NCBI RefSeq assembly: GCF_963921235.1 | Contig: NC_086108.1 | Coordinates: 10,044,001 to 10,108,000, forward strand | Source of the DNA: Mobula hypostoma | Taxonomy: Eukaryota | Length of the DNA: 64,000 nucleotides | Direction: 5' to 3' | Shown here: piece after piece, positions 51,655 through 63,072 of the stretch | Position numbering within the stretch: position 1 is the first letter of the stretch | How the letters are laid out: each line of letters starts with the position of its first letter | The notes under the pieces: model-generated | Databases searched by the model: none | What the model saw: only the letters and a program-made list of their open reading frames with translations | Told to the model about the DNA's origin: nothing | Position numbers and translations under genes: made by a program

Positions 51655-52462
51655 TTCAAGAGAGGGAAACCAGAGGTCCATGAGCCAGTTCTCACTGGAG
51701 GATCAGAGGTGGAGAGGGTTAGCAGCTTTAAATTCCTGGGTGTTTCTTTTTCACAGGACTTGTCCAGGGCCCAGCACTTGTGCAATTGTGAGGAAAACAC
51801 AGCAGCACCTCTACCTCCTCAGGACTCTGGATAGATTCAGCACAACATCGAGAATTTTGGCAAATTTCTGTAGATGTGTGGTTGGGAGTGCACTGACCAG
51901 TTGCATCCCAGCCTGGTATGGAAACACCAATACCTTAGAACAGAAAATCCTACAAAGAGTAGTGGATTCAGCTCTGTCCATCACGGGTAAAGCCGTCCCA
52001 ACCATTGAGCACATCTACATGAAATGATGTCATAGGAAAGCAGCATCCACCCAGCAGACACCCACCACCCAGGCCATGCTCTCTTCTGGCTGCTACCATC
52101 AGGTAGAAGGTACAAGAGCCTCAGGACTCTTACCACCAAGTTCAGGAACAGTTACTACCCCTCAACCATCAGGCTCTTGAAGAATAGGGGATAATTACAT
52201 TCACTTGCCCCATCATTGAGATGCTCCCACAACCAATGATCTCACTTTAAGGACTCTATCTCATGTTCTCAGTATTTATTGCTATTTATATATATTTGCA
52301 TTTGCACAATTTGTTGTCTTCTGCACTCTGGTTGATCTTTCATTGATCCTGTTGCAGTAACTATTCTATAGATTTATTGAGTATGGCTGCAGGAAAATGA
52401 TTCTCAGGATGGTATATGGTGACATATATGTACTTTGACAATAAGATTTACTTTGAAGTTTG
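51655..52462 (+). mobile_element. Rex1/Babar LINE 3' portion; uninterrupted reference for the split copy at 9428-15340
   Basis: KTQQHLYLLRTL..FCRCVVGSALTSCIPAWYGN..KILQRVV. Confidence 0.88.
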
Positions 52463-53049
52463 GTATTGCTGCTGCAAATCAACAAATTTCATGACGTATG
52501 AGCGTGATAAAGAACCTGATTTTGATTCGGAGGGAAGCCTCAGAAGGGAATATTTCCTGTAAAAGGATTGTATCTCTGTGCTGGGTGTGGGAATTCAGAT
52601 CTTTAAACTCCGACATGGTCGAGCAGACGGCAGAGTTTGCCATGCTTTGTGATCTGCAGTTACAGGACAGGAAAGGGCTTAAGGTGGTTTTTAATAAAGG
52701 CATGATCCTCATAATCAGACGAGAATAATTAGGTAGATATTGGATGCAAACTGTGCTCTCTTGCACAGTTTCAGTGGGTGACTGGGCTGACTTTTCCCAT
52801 CAGTGGTGGGGATTGTGGGGGGGGGGGGCGGTTGTCTCCGGGAGGTCCGGGTGACCTGGATAGAGCATTCCTGCTGTCCTCACCGAGCAGGGACCAGGCA
52901 TTTGAACTTTGATTCAGTGACACTGACCCAGTGACGGGGAGCTTTGGGGAGTGGAGGGTGTGGGGAGAGGGGGTACAGCTCCCCCTCTGTCAGCTTGACA
53001 CAGGGCCAGAGCTCAACACAATTCAAACTTCAGAATCAGGTTTATTATC

Positions 53050-53885
53050 TGCCATGTGTGACGCCAAGCAGAGTTACTGGCCGGATGATGCTAATGAGAG
53101 AGATAACGGAAGACAATGGAGAAACATTCAAAATGCTAATGAGAGAGAATAGAGGGATTAACGGGAAAGAAACACAATTCTGATATTGACAGACTGGTTG
53201 CTTTGAACCTGAACTGTTTGAAGTTTGATGGACAGGTGATACCCCGGCAGGGGGATGAAAGGAGCAGGTTTGCTAAGGCATGAGACATACCACGAGACCC
53301 TGGAAAGGGCAGTGTGCCCCCCACAGGTGGTGGGAGTTGGGAGGACTCGTTCGCGGGAACCGACCAGAGGCTCACAGGGTGTAAAGGTACGATCGGTGGG
53401 AACCTGGGGTGTGTATCTGCCCTTGCCTGGGTGCCGGGTTCACAGCGGAAGAACGATTGTATCTGGAACGGAGGGGTCACAGTCAGTGACCACAGCAGGA
53501 TTAGAAGATATCAGAAGGTCTGCCCGAAACCAACTGCGAAGACGTCAAAAGGTCTGCCTGAAACCAAATTGCATCTCTCTCTCGCTCTCTCCAACAGTAC
53601 GACAACAGCGATTACTGCGAACTGCATTAAACTGAACTGAATTCTGCTTCACTTGAGACTGATCATTTTACCCCTAGACTGCGATAGAGCTTGGTTGATT
53701 CCTATTACCCTCGTTCTGTGTATAGGTGTGTATTATCATTGCTAACCTGTTACATTTATATCCTTACGATTAGTGTACTGTATTACTTATTTCTTTAATA
53801 AAACTTTATTAGTTCCTAGTAATCCAGACTCCAACGAGTGTTCCATTTCTGCTGGTTTGGCAACCCAGTTATGGGGGACGTAACA
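53050..53885 (+). mobile_element. Solo LTR (836 bp) with 4-bp TSD
   Basis: TG...CA ends (TGCCATGT / ACGTAACA); TSD TATC at 53046-53049 and 53886-53889; AATAAA at ~53797; interrupts a Rex1 tail. Confidence 0.9.
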
Positions 53886-54144
53886 TATCACTCTTGTAAG
53901 TCATGAAATTTGTTGTTTTTTGGCAGCAAGACAAAAAAGAAAAGACTTTCAGTTACAATAAAAGAATGTGAAAAGAGGGATAAAGAGATGGTGTTCATGG
54001 ATTTATGGTCCATTCAGAAATCTGACACTGGAGAGGAAGAAGCTGTTCCTGAAACATTGAGTGGGTGTCTTCAGACTCCTGTACCTCCTCCCTGATGGTA
54101 GCAGTGAGTAGAGGACATGTCCTGGGTGAGGAGGGTTGTAAGGT

Positions 54145-55365
54145 CATAGAAAAATATAACAAAGAAACAGGCTCTTCAGCCCATCTAGTCCATGCTAAAA
54201 CATGTAAACTGCCTTCTCACATCGACCTGCACCGGGACCATTGCCTTCCATACCCCTACCATCCATGTACCTAGCCAAACTTCTCTTAAATGTGAAATCG
54301 AGCTCACATGTACCAGTTGTGCTAGCAGCTCGTTCCACACTCTCACCACCCTCTGAATGAAGAAGTTTCCCCTCATGTTCCCCTTAAACTTTTCACCTTT
54401 CTCTCTTAACCCATGACCTCTGGTTGTAGTCCCACCCAACCGCAGTGAAAAAAGCCTGCTTGCATTTACCCTATCTATACCCCTCATTATTCTGTATACC
54501 TCTCAAATCTCCTCTCGATCTTTTACATTCTAAGAAATGATGTCCTAACCTATTCAATCTTTCCTTATAACTCAGGTCCTCCAGACCTGGCAACATCCTT
54601 GTAAATTTTCTCTGTATTCTCTCAACCTTACTTACATCTTTCCAGTAGGTAAGTGACCTAAACTGAAACAATATTCCAAAATAAGCCTCAACAACATCTT
54701 ATGCAACTTTCATCCCATCTCCTGTACTCAATAGTTTGATTTATGAAGACCAATGTGCCAAAAGCTTTCTTTATGATCCTATCTACCTGTAAAACCACTT
54801 TTAATGAATTTAGATTAGATTAGATTAGATTATGAGGACACACAGTCCTCTTTTATTGTCATTTAGTAATGCATGCATTAAGAAATGATACAATATTCCT
54901 CTGGTGTGATATCACAGAAACACAGGACAGACCAAGACTGAAAAACTAACAAAAACCACATAATTATAACATATAGTTACAACAGTGCAACAATACCATA
55001 ACTTGATGAAGAACAGTCCATGGCACAGTAAAGAAGTTCAAAGTCTCTCGAAAGTCCCACATGTCATGCAGACGGGAGAAGGAAGAAAACTCTCCCTGCC
55101 ATGCCCGACCACAGTCCGACTCTGAGTCATCCGAAAACTTCGAGCCTCCGACCAGCCCTCTGACACCGAGCACCGAGCACCATCTCTATCCGAACACTTC
55201 GACCTCAGCCTTGGTCGTCAGCAACAGGCAAAGCCGGGGATTTTGGGGCCTTCCCTCCAGAGATTCTTGATCGCACAGTAACAACGGCAGCGAAACCAGG
55301 CATTTCAGAATGTATTCCCAGATCCCTTTGTTCTGCAGTACCTCTCAGTGCCCTGCCATTCACCA
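54145..55365 (-). mobile_element. CR1 3' fragment interrupted by family X copy 2
   Basis: RGHGLREKGEKFKGNMRGNFFIQRVVRVWNEL. Confidence 0.85.
54811..55310 (-). mobile_element. Family X copy 2 (5'-truncated) with (TCTAA)n tail
   Basis: Highly similar to ~2636-3110 and ~61806-62307. Confidence 0.85.
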
Positions 55366-55934
55366 TCACGATGAATAGCAGCTTTTGAAGATGTCCTCTA
55401 TGGTGGGAAGGGTTGAAGCTGGCTGAATCAATAACTCTCTGCAGCCTCTTGTAATCCTGTACATTGTCCCTACGTACCAGGCTGTGATGAACCAGCCGGA
55501 AAGTTCTCCACGGTGCCTCTGTAGAAATTCACAAGAGTGTTTGGTGTCAGACCAGATCTCCTCAAACTCCTAATGGGGCAGAGCTGCTGGTGTGCCCTTT
55601 TCACGTTTGTGTCGATGTGTTGAGCCCAGGATAGATCCTCTGAGACGTTGACTCCCAGGAACCGGAAGCTGCTCACCCTGACCTCCATTGACCCCCTCAA
55701 TGAGGGCCCTTCAATGGTGCGTCTTCTCCTGACTTCCCCTCACAGTTGGAGTCACACCAATTTTTGTTGACTCTGTGCCAGTCCAAGTTATGGACCCAGT
55801 CTTGTGGTTGCAGGAGGGAAGTGCAGGGAAGATGGTCACTCCAGTCCCTCGACCTTCTGCTCACAATGAGTTCCCATGTGTTCATATCGGCTCATTACGT
55901 GTACACCAGGAATCCACTCAGTCCCAAATGCAAA

Positions 55935-56305
55935 AAAATCTACAGATGCTTGAAATCCAGAGCAGCACACATACAAAACACTGGAGGAACTCAGCAGGTC
56001 AGGCAGTACATATGAAGAGGAATAAACAGTCGATGTTTCAGGCTGAGACCCTTCACCAGGACTGGAAAGGAAGGGGGAAGATGCCAGCATCAGTAGATGG
56101 GCGGAAGGGAATAGAATGCAAGTTGGAATTTGACAGGTGCAGCCAGATGGGTGGGGGAGGGAGAGAGGATGAAGTAAGAAGCTGGAAGGTGATAGGTTGA
56201 AGAGGTAAAGGGCTGGAGAAGAAGGAATCTGATAGGAGAGGAGAGTAGACCATGGGAGAAAGAGAAGGTGAAGGGGCAGCAGGAGGGGTGATAGGCAGGT
56301 GAGGA
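55935..56305 (-). mobile_element. Penelope-like pseudo-LTR; hammerhead motif at 56027-56064 with core substitution (CUGGUGA)
   Basis: Reverse complement CAGTCCTGGTGAAGGGTCTCAGCCTGAAACATCGACTG. Confidence 0.8.
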
Positions 56306-56419
56306 ACTGCCTCCCAACTCCTTCACCTGGGTCCAGCACCTACCTGCTCCCTCCAACTCACTGTCAGGCTGAGTCCTACACTGTCTACTGATGGGAACAC
56401 TCGTCTTCATCCTAGAAAC

Positions 56420-56421
56420 AC

Positions 56422-56486
<65 letters not shown>

Positions 56487-56501
56487 AAGAAAGAGAGAGA
56501 G
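56420..56501. repeat. (GA)n microsatellite
   Basis: Direct observation. Confidence 0.9.
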
Positions 56502-56594
56502 CATTCAATCTGTCACATTGGTGCTGCTAATCCTACCTCCTAGCTCCAGGTCTACAGTCCTGTAGGTCACACCTCCAGGTCCATAGCCCTGTAT

Positions 56595-57899
56595 TGTCAC
56601 ACTGGCGGAGGCTTTGGGAGCAAGGGTGGACCAAAAATGCAAGATACATCCTGTGAGCTTACTTAGATTTAGTTTATTGTTCGATACCAGGAGAGCAAGG
56701 CAGGAGCAGGAAATAGCAATCTGGACAAGGATTCAGGACAACGACTCGGCTGGGACTAAGGGTCTGGGCTTGGACTCGGAATTGGCTCCCAGAACTAGAG
56801 GAGACATGCAGAGGCTAGGGTATGGACTCCGAGCCAGAGACTGGGCAAGGACCCAGTACCTGGGTCTTGCCTCGGGCTCAGATCCCAGAACCAGGCAAGG
56901 ACATGGCATGGGCTAGGGAGAGGAGGAACATGGGAACACAGGGCCTCGGTCTCAGGAGAGCAGGTACATGGAACCATGGACACATACACAGAACACAGAG
57001 TCGGGACCCCTCCTTGGGTACAGGACATAGGGCCGGGATTCGCACACAGAACAGAGAGCCGGGACCCCTCCTTGGGTGCAGGACATAGGGCCGGGACTCA
57101 TGACCCTCCACGGGGCAACGGCAAGACGGCCTGACTTACCCAACGGAGGCAAGGACAGGACAAGACAAGACACGACTCCCCGCGAGGCAACAATAAGACG
57201 GCCAGACTTACCCCACGGAGGCGAGGACAAGACAAGACAAGACCAACACGAATGAACACCAGACAGTACCTATCTAGCTCCGGTGATGGAACTAGACCAA
57301 AGTGCAGGTGGGGGCTGCAGACGAGGGCTAGAGGCGAGAGGGGCAGAGAAGGGATTCAGACAAGGGGGTAGGACAGGAATCACAGACCGCCAGGGCCAGG
57401 ACTAGACTCGGAACTGGAAGCCGCCAGGGCCAGGACTTAACATGGTACTTGGATGCCGCCGGAGCCAGGACATGGTGCTTGGAAGCTCCAGGTAGTGCTG
57501 AGCTCTCGACTCGGCCCGGGAACAGTAGACAGCGGCTCCTGATTCTCTCCGGCGGGATAACTGACGGACCCACCTTGATGAGGAAACTTTGCAGGCTCGC
57601 TTCGGCAAGGTAACTGGACAGGGTTGCTCTGGTGAGGAAAGGCGAATTACCTGCACTCGCTTCGGGGGGAGACTAGGCCTGCTCTGGCCAGATGACATTG
57701 GCACGCCGTGACTTTGCAAACTTTGCAGACGCTCCCGCACTGAACGGCTGAAAGCCGGAGACTATAAACTACTGGTTCAGCCGAGTGTTAATTGCCTCTA
57801 ATCACCAAAGTCGAGGGACACGGGAAAACAGGGAATCAACGGTCCGGATCGTAACATAAACAAGGTAAATTTAAAGGGACCCCGATCCGGACCATGACA
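56595..57899 (-). mobile_element. Solo LTR-like element (1305 bp, Gypsy-like) with 5-bp TSD
   Basis: TGTCA...TGACA termini; TSD TGTAT at 56590-56594 and 57900-57904; minus-strand AATAAA at ~56671. Confidence 0.88.
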
Positions 57900-58144
57900 T
57901 GTATGTCACTGTGTGGTGGGTTTCTGCCTCTCCCACCCTATGGGGCAGGCACTTCCAGACCACCAGCAACCAGCAACTTCTGGATGAAATTAATGGTCCT
58001 TCTTCCAAATCTCTGCCCTGGGCTTTTGAGGGAAATCACTCCTTATACTCACTTTCTAGCCCTTGTGTGATTTTATGTCCAGGTTTCACCCCTCAGCACC
58101 CTCTGTGCCAAATGAAAACAATTCCAGTCTGCCTATACTCTTTT

Positions 58145-58670
58145 GAAGGCAAATGCAATGTTAGCATTCAGTGTGAGAGGACTAGAATGCTCAGGCTTTA
58201 TAAGGCACTGGTGAGGCCTCACTTGGGGTATTGTGCGCAGTTTTAGGCCTCTTATCTAAGAAAGGATGTGCTGGTATTTGAGAGGGTCCCGAGGAGGTTC
58301 ACAAGAATGATTCCAGGAATGAAAGGGTTAATGTATGAAGAGCGTTTGATGGCTCTGGGCCTGAACTCACTGGAGTTTAGAAGAATAAGGGAGGATCTCA
58401 TTGAAACCTATCAAATATTTAAAGGTAAACACAAGAGATTATGCAGATGCTGGAAAATCAAAACAATACACATAAAATGGTGGAGGACCTCAGCAGGTCA
58501 GGCAGTATCAGTGGAGAGGAATAAATATTGAAAGACCACGGGGCTCAGAATAGAGGGACATCCACTTGGAATAGATATGAGGAGGAATTTCTTTAGCCAG
58601 TGGGTGATGAATCTATGGAATTCATTGCCACATATGGCTGTGGAGGCCAAATCACTGGATTTATTTAAGG
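58145..58670 (+). mobile_element. CR1 3' fragment with a short antisense Penelope piece (~58427-58530)
   Basis: LRLYKALVRPHLGYCAQF; RRFTRMIPGMKG. Confidence 0.8.
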
Positions 58671-59144
58671 ATTTTTAGTGCACTTTTGTGTTTAGGTTTT
58701 GCAGTTCAATAAAATGTGTTACCGGTTTCATTAAACTAAAATATCTCATTTCATTGTATTTGTGAAAACCTACAACTCTTATCTATACCCCTCATTCAAT
58801 TCTCTCTTCATTCTCCTGCTTATTCAACCTTCCACTATAACTCAGATCATCAAGACCCGGCAACTTCCTTGTAAATTTTGCAAGTTTTCTATGCAGTCTT
58901 TGACCTTCTGAAGTAAACTTCAGATCAACCGATGTCTTCCTCCAATCCAGGTAAAGTCCTAGTGAACCTCCTCTGCACTCTCTCAAGCACTGCCACATCT
59001 TTCCTATGTTGGAAACCCCTGGTCTAGCCAGTGTTTTATGAAGTTGCATAACATATCGTTCCCAGTTCTTATGGACTATGGTGGGGCCTATGAAGCCAGG
59101 CATACTAACTGCCACACTCACCACTGTTATCCACTCACAGTATC

Positions 59145-59390
59145 TTTCTTCTTCGTCTTCTTAAGCCCATCACCCCTGCTGGGATGTAGGGTGCCGACAG
59201 CAGTTTTCCAGAGCCCTCTGTTCTGGGCCTGTCTTTCAAGTTGACCCCAAGTATAGCCCTTTGAAGATCCTTCATCTCCCAGGCTGAGGTCTTCGGAGTT
59301 TTTGTTGTCATTTCTGTAGCTCTGGGTTTTTTACGGAATGGGGTTACTAGCCCCATGCCCAAATCGTATCCTTTCGCAGCTGGGCTTGGG
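59145..59390 (-). mobile_element. Short bipartite RTE-derived element with (GAA)n tail
   Basis: RTE-like 5'UTR motif GGGCATGGGGCTAGTAACCCCATTCCGTAAAAAAC joined to a C-terminal AQNRGLWKTAV-like end. Confidence 0.6.
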
Positions 59391-59552
59391 GCAGTTAGTC
59401 ACATTTTCACTTTCAAGGAACTATAGACCTGAGGTCTCTCTGCTCATCAACACCCCTCAGATTCTGCAGCTTCACTATGTTCTACCTTGATGTGACTTCC
59501 CAAAGCACATCACGTAGCACCTCTTGGGACTTGCATTCAGGTTCAGTCAACC

Positions 59553-61480
59553 CAAAGTTCGGGGTACATTTATTATCAAAGTATGTATACATTTTACAAC
59601 CTTGAGATTTGCCACAATACAAAGACTCCCAAAAGAACCCATAAGCAAAGAAGCCTGTCAGGCACCCAATGTGCAGAGAGAGAAGAGAACAGATTGTGCA
59701 AACAATCAAAGAATGCAAATAGCATTCCAAACAAAAGTGAGTTGATAGACTCGAGCCTGGAGCAGTCCACAGCCTCAGCCTCAGTTCAGTGCAGAGCCCT
59801 CAGACACAGAGTCTGGAGCAGGCCAAGGCCTCGGCCTCAGTTCAGTGCAGAGCCCTCAGACACAGAGCCTGGAGCAGGCCACGGCCTCAGCCTCAGTTCA
59901 GTGCAGAGCCCTCAGACACAGAGTCTGGAGCAGGCCAAGGCCTCGGCCTCAGTTCAGTGCAGAGCCCTCAGACACAGAGTCTGGAGCAGGCCAAGGCCTC
60001 GGACTCAGTTCAGTGCAGAGCCCTCAGATACAGAGCCTGCAGCAGGCCACAGACTCAGCTTCAGTTCAGTGCAGAGCCCTCAGACACAGAGCCTGCAGCA
60101 GGCCTCAGCCTCAGTTCAGTGCAGAGCCCTCAGACAGAGAGCCTGGAGCAGGCCACGGCCTCAGCCTCAGTTCAGTGCAGAGCCCTCAGACACAGAGCCT
60201 GGAGCAGGCCTTGGCCTCAGTTCAGTGCAGAGCCCTCAGACACAGAGTCTGGAGCAGGCCAAGGCCTCGGACTCAGTTCAGTGCAGAGCCCTCAGACACA
60301 GAGCCTGCAGCAGGCCACAGACTCAGCTTCAGTTCAGTGCAGAGCCCTCAGACACAGAGCCTGCAGCAGACCACAGACTCAGCTTCAGTTCGGTGCAGAG
60401 CCCTCAGACACAGAGCCTGGAGCAGGCCTCGGCCTCAGTTCAGTGCAGAGCCCTCAGACACAGAGCCTGGAGCAGGCCACGGCCTCAGCCTCAGTTCAGT
60501 GCAGAACCCTCAGACACAGAGCGTGGAGCAGGCCTCGGCCTCAGTTCAGTGCAGAGCCCTCAGACACAGAGCCTGGAGCAGGCCTCGGCCTCAGTTCAGT
60601 GCAGAGCCCTCAGACACAGAGTCTGGAGCAGGCCAAGGCCTCGGACTCAGTTCAGTGCAGAGCCCTCAGACACAGAGCCTGCAGCAGACCACAGACTCAG
60701 CTTCAGTTCGGTGCAGAGCCCTCAGACACAGAGCCTGGAGCAGGCCTCGGCCTCAGTTCAGTGCAGAGCCCTCAGACACAGAGCCTGGAGCAGGCCACGG
60801 CCTCAGCCTCAGTTCAGTGCAGAGCCCTCAGACACAGAGCCTGGAGCAGGCCTCGGCCTCAGTTCAGTGCAGAGCCCTCAGACACAGAGCCTGGAGCAGG
60901 CCACAGACTCAGCTTCAGTTCAGTGCAGAGTGGAGTAAATATCATGGAACCCTCAGACACGAAGCTGGAGTAGTCAGGACAGGCCACAGTTGCAACCTCA
61001 GTTCAGAATATAGTGGAGCAAACGTAACGGAGTATCGAACAGAACCAGCCCGACCCTCGCCTCTGGTCCCGACACCCTGCCTTTTCAGTCCATCTGGCCC
61101 GGCATTTAAATCGTCCAAACACTGGATCACTCCTCGCACTAGGACTCAGTCCCTGTCGCATCGATACACTCTGGGTCTGGACCCTGCTGCCACGTTCTGG
61201 CCCGTATCCAACCTTTCCTGGCGCTTAGATCAATCAATCCTCACTCTCGGTTCAGGTGGACGGGCCTTGACTCTGCCTATCCTCCACTCTGCCTTTGCTC
61301 TGCTCCACTCACCCTGACTTTGCCTTGAATAGGCCTCAATCTTGCCCCAACCTTGCCTCGAACATTCCTCGACCTCACCTCGCACTCACATGCTTCGACC
61401 CTCGACTCAGCTTTGCTATCGCTTGCCTGTCCATTATTTGTAGTGATCGTTTACCAAAAATAAATGTAAACACCATAATC
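59553..61480 (-). mobile_element. Family Y element carrying an expanded internal minisatellite
   Basis: Flanks collinear with 27393-28010. Confidence 0.8.
59752..60930. repeat. Minisatellite, 50/56-bp units (GCAGAGCCCTCAGACACAGAGCCTGGAGCAGGCCACGGCCTCAGCCTCAGTTCAGT), ~21 copies
   Basis: Unit starts at 59791, 59847, 59903 ... 60869. Confidence 0.97.
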
Positions 61481-61805
61481 AGTGAGTTGTTTTTTTTTGT
61501 TGGTCTCCCCTCTCTCTGAGTGACACCTCTCAGCCCCTTTGTTGGGGAGAGAGGTATCCTATGGCTTGCTGAACTGTTGGGTGAACAATGGTTTTTGTTG
61601 GACTGCAGATCATGGTTTCTGTTGGGGGCTTTGCTATTGTTTCCTTGGTGGGTGGAAGGTGAAGATGCTTTTTGCTGAAGTAAGTGGTGGTGGGGAAGGA
61701 TTGATTTTCTGCTGCTGCTTGTGTGTGGGGGGGGGGAGTAGGGGGGCTTTGGAATTCTATGTTTTTACTGACCCACTCTTTTGGGTTCCCTTCTGTTTTT
61801 GTGGA

Positions 61806-62446
61806 TTAGATTAGATTAGATTAGATTATGAGGACACGCAGTCCTCTTTTATTGTCATTTAGTAATGCATGCATTAAGAAATGATACAATATTCCTCCGG
61901 TGTGATATCACAGAAACACAGGACAGACCAAGACTGAAAAACTGACAAAAACCACATAATTATAACATATAGTTACAACAGTGCAAGTAATACCATAACT
62001 TGATGAAGAACAGGCCATGGCACAGTAGAAAAATTCAAAGTCTCTCGAATGTCCCACATCTCACGCAGACGGGAGAAGGAAGAAAACTCTCCCTGCTATG
62101 CCCGGCCACAGTCCGACTCTGAGTCATCCGAAAACTTTGAGCCTCCGACCAGCCCTCCGACACCGAGTAGTGAGCACCATCTCTATCCGAACACTTCGAC
62201 CTCAGCCTCGGTCGCTCAGCAGCAGGCAAAGCCGGGGATTTTGGGGCCTTCCCTCCGGAGATTCTCGATCGCACAGTAGCAACAGCAGCGAACCGGGCAT
62301 TTCAGAAATTTCTCCAGATGTTCCTCTGTGCCTTCTCACGTCTGTCTCCATCAAATCAGAAATGTGCACGGCATCCTACTTACAAATACGATATCATTTC
62401 ACTGGAGAGCTGTGCACACTGCGTCACGCCACCATCTTCTCCTCCT
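61806..62446 (-). mobile_element. Family X copy 3 (full length) with (TCTAA)n tail
   Basis: Similar to 2636-3252; inserted within a plus-strand Rex1-type tail (GTGGA|TATCTGC). Confidence 0.85.
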
Positions 62447-62889
62447 ACCCCTATCTGCAAAGAACAAGAATTTCAGGTTGTATATTTTTTACATTCTTTG
62501 ATATTAAATGGAACCATTGAATGATTGAAATGTTACCAGAAAAAGTGTTATTAATAAAGTATTTACTACAATTGTACTCTTTGTTTTAGTTTGCTGCAAG
62601 TAAGTAGTCGCTGTGCTTCACAGTGCCATCTTAAGCCGAAATTCCATGGAAAATCCCACCTTTCCCTGGCATCAACGCAGTTATCTGCTGTTGCAAAGCT
62701 TTCAAGGCAAGGGTGTCCCCTGTGTGAGCAGGAGGCCAAGCTAATTTGTAGTGAAGTTTAAGCTTTGCACAAAGAGTGTATAATTCGTCACTCCAAAGTG
62801 AAGTCTCTTTGAGAGATGCCTATCCGAAGAAGTTTAAATCTTCTCTATGATGAGCGTTCAGTGAAACACTGTCTCACTGCTTCTCCTCT

Positions 62890-63072
62890 GAGCCAACTAG
62901 CCTCCATCCCCTCCCCACACCATTTTATTCTATCTTCCCCCTCTTCCTTTCCAGTCCTGAAGAAGGGTCTTGGCCCAAAACATTATTTCCTTAGGTACTG
63001 CCTGACTTGCTGAGTTCCTCCGGCATTGTGTGTGCGTGTTATTCTGGATTTCCAGCATCTGCAGAATCTCTC
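62890..63072 (+). mobile_element. Penelope-like pseudo-LTR with damaged hammerhead (GAAA changed to AAAA, helix I 3' strand lost)
   Basis: CCAGTCCTGAAGAAGGGTCTTGGCCCAAAACATT...CTGACTTGCTGAGTTCCTCC..CCAGCATCTGCAGAATCTCT. Confidence 0.75.

Noticed and set aside
59752..60930. CRISPR-like regular repeat
   Set aside because: No unique spacers, no cas genes, and a eukaryotic context. The same applies to 34843-35420.
59583..61317. Long ORFs of 394-490 aa
   Set aside because: All three frames give the same cyclic peptide from a stop-free 50/56-bp tandem unit; no evidence of a real gene.
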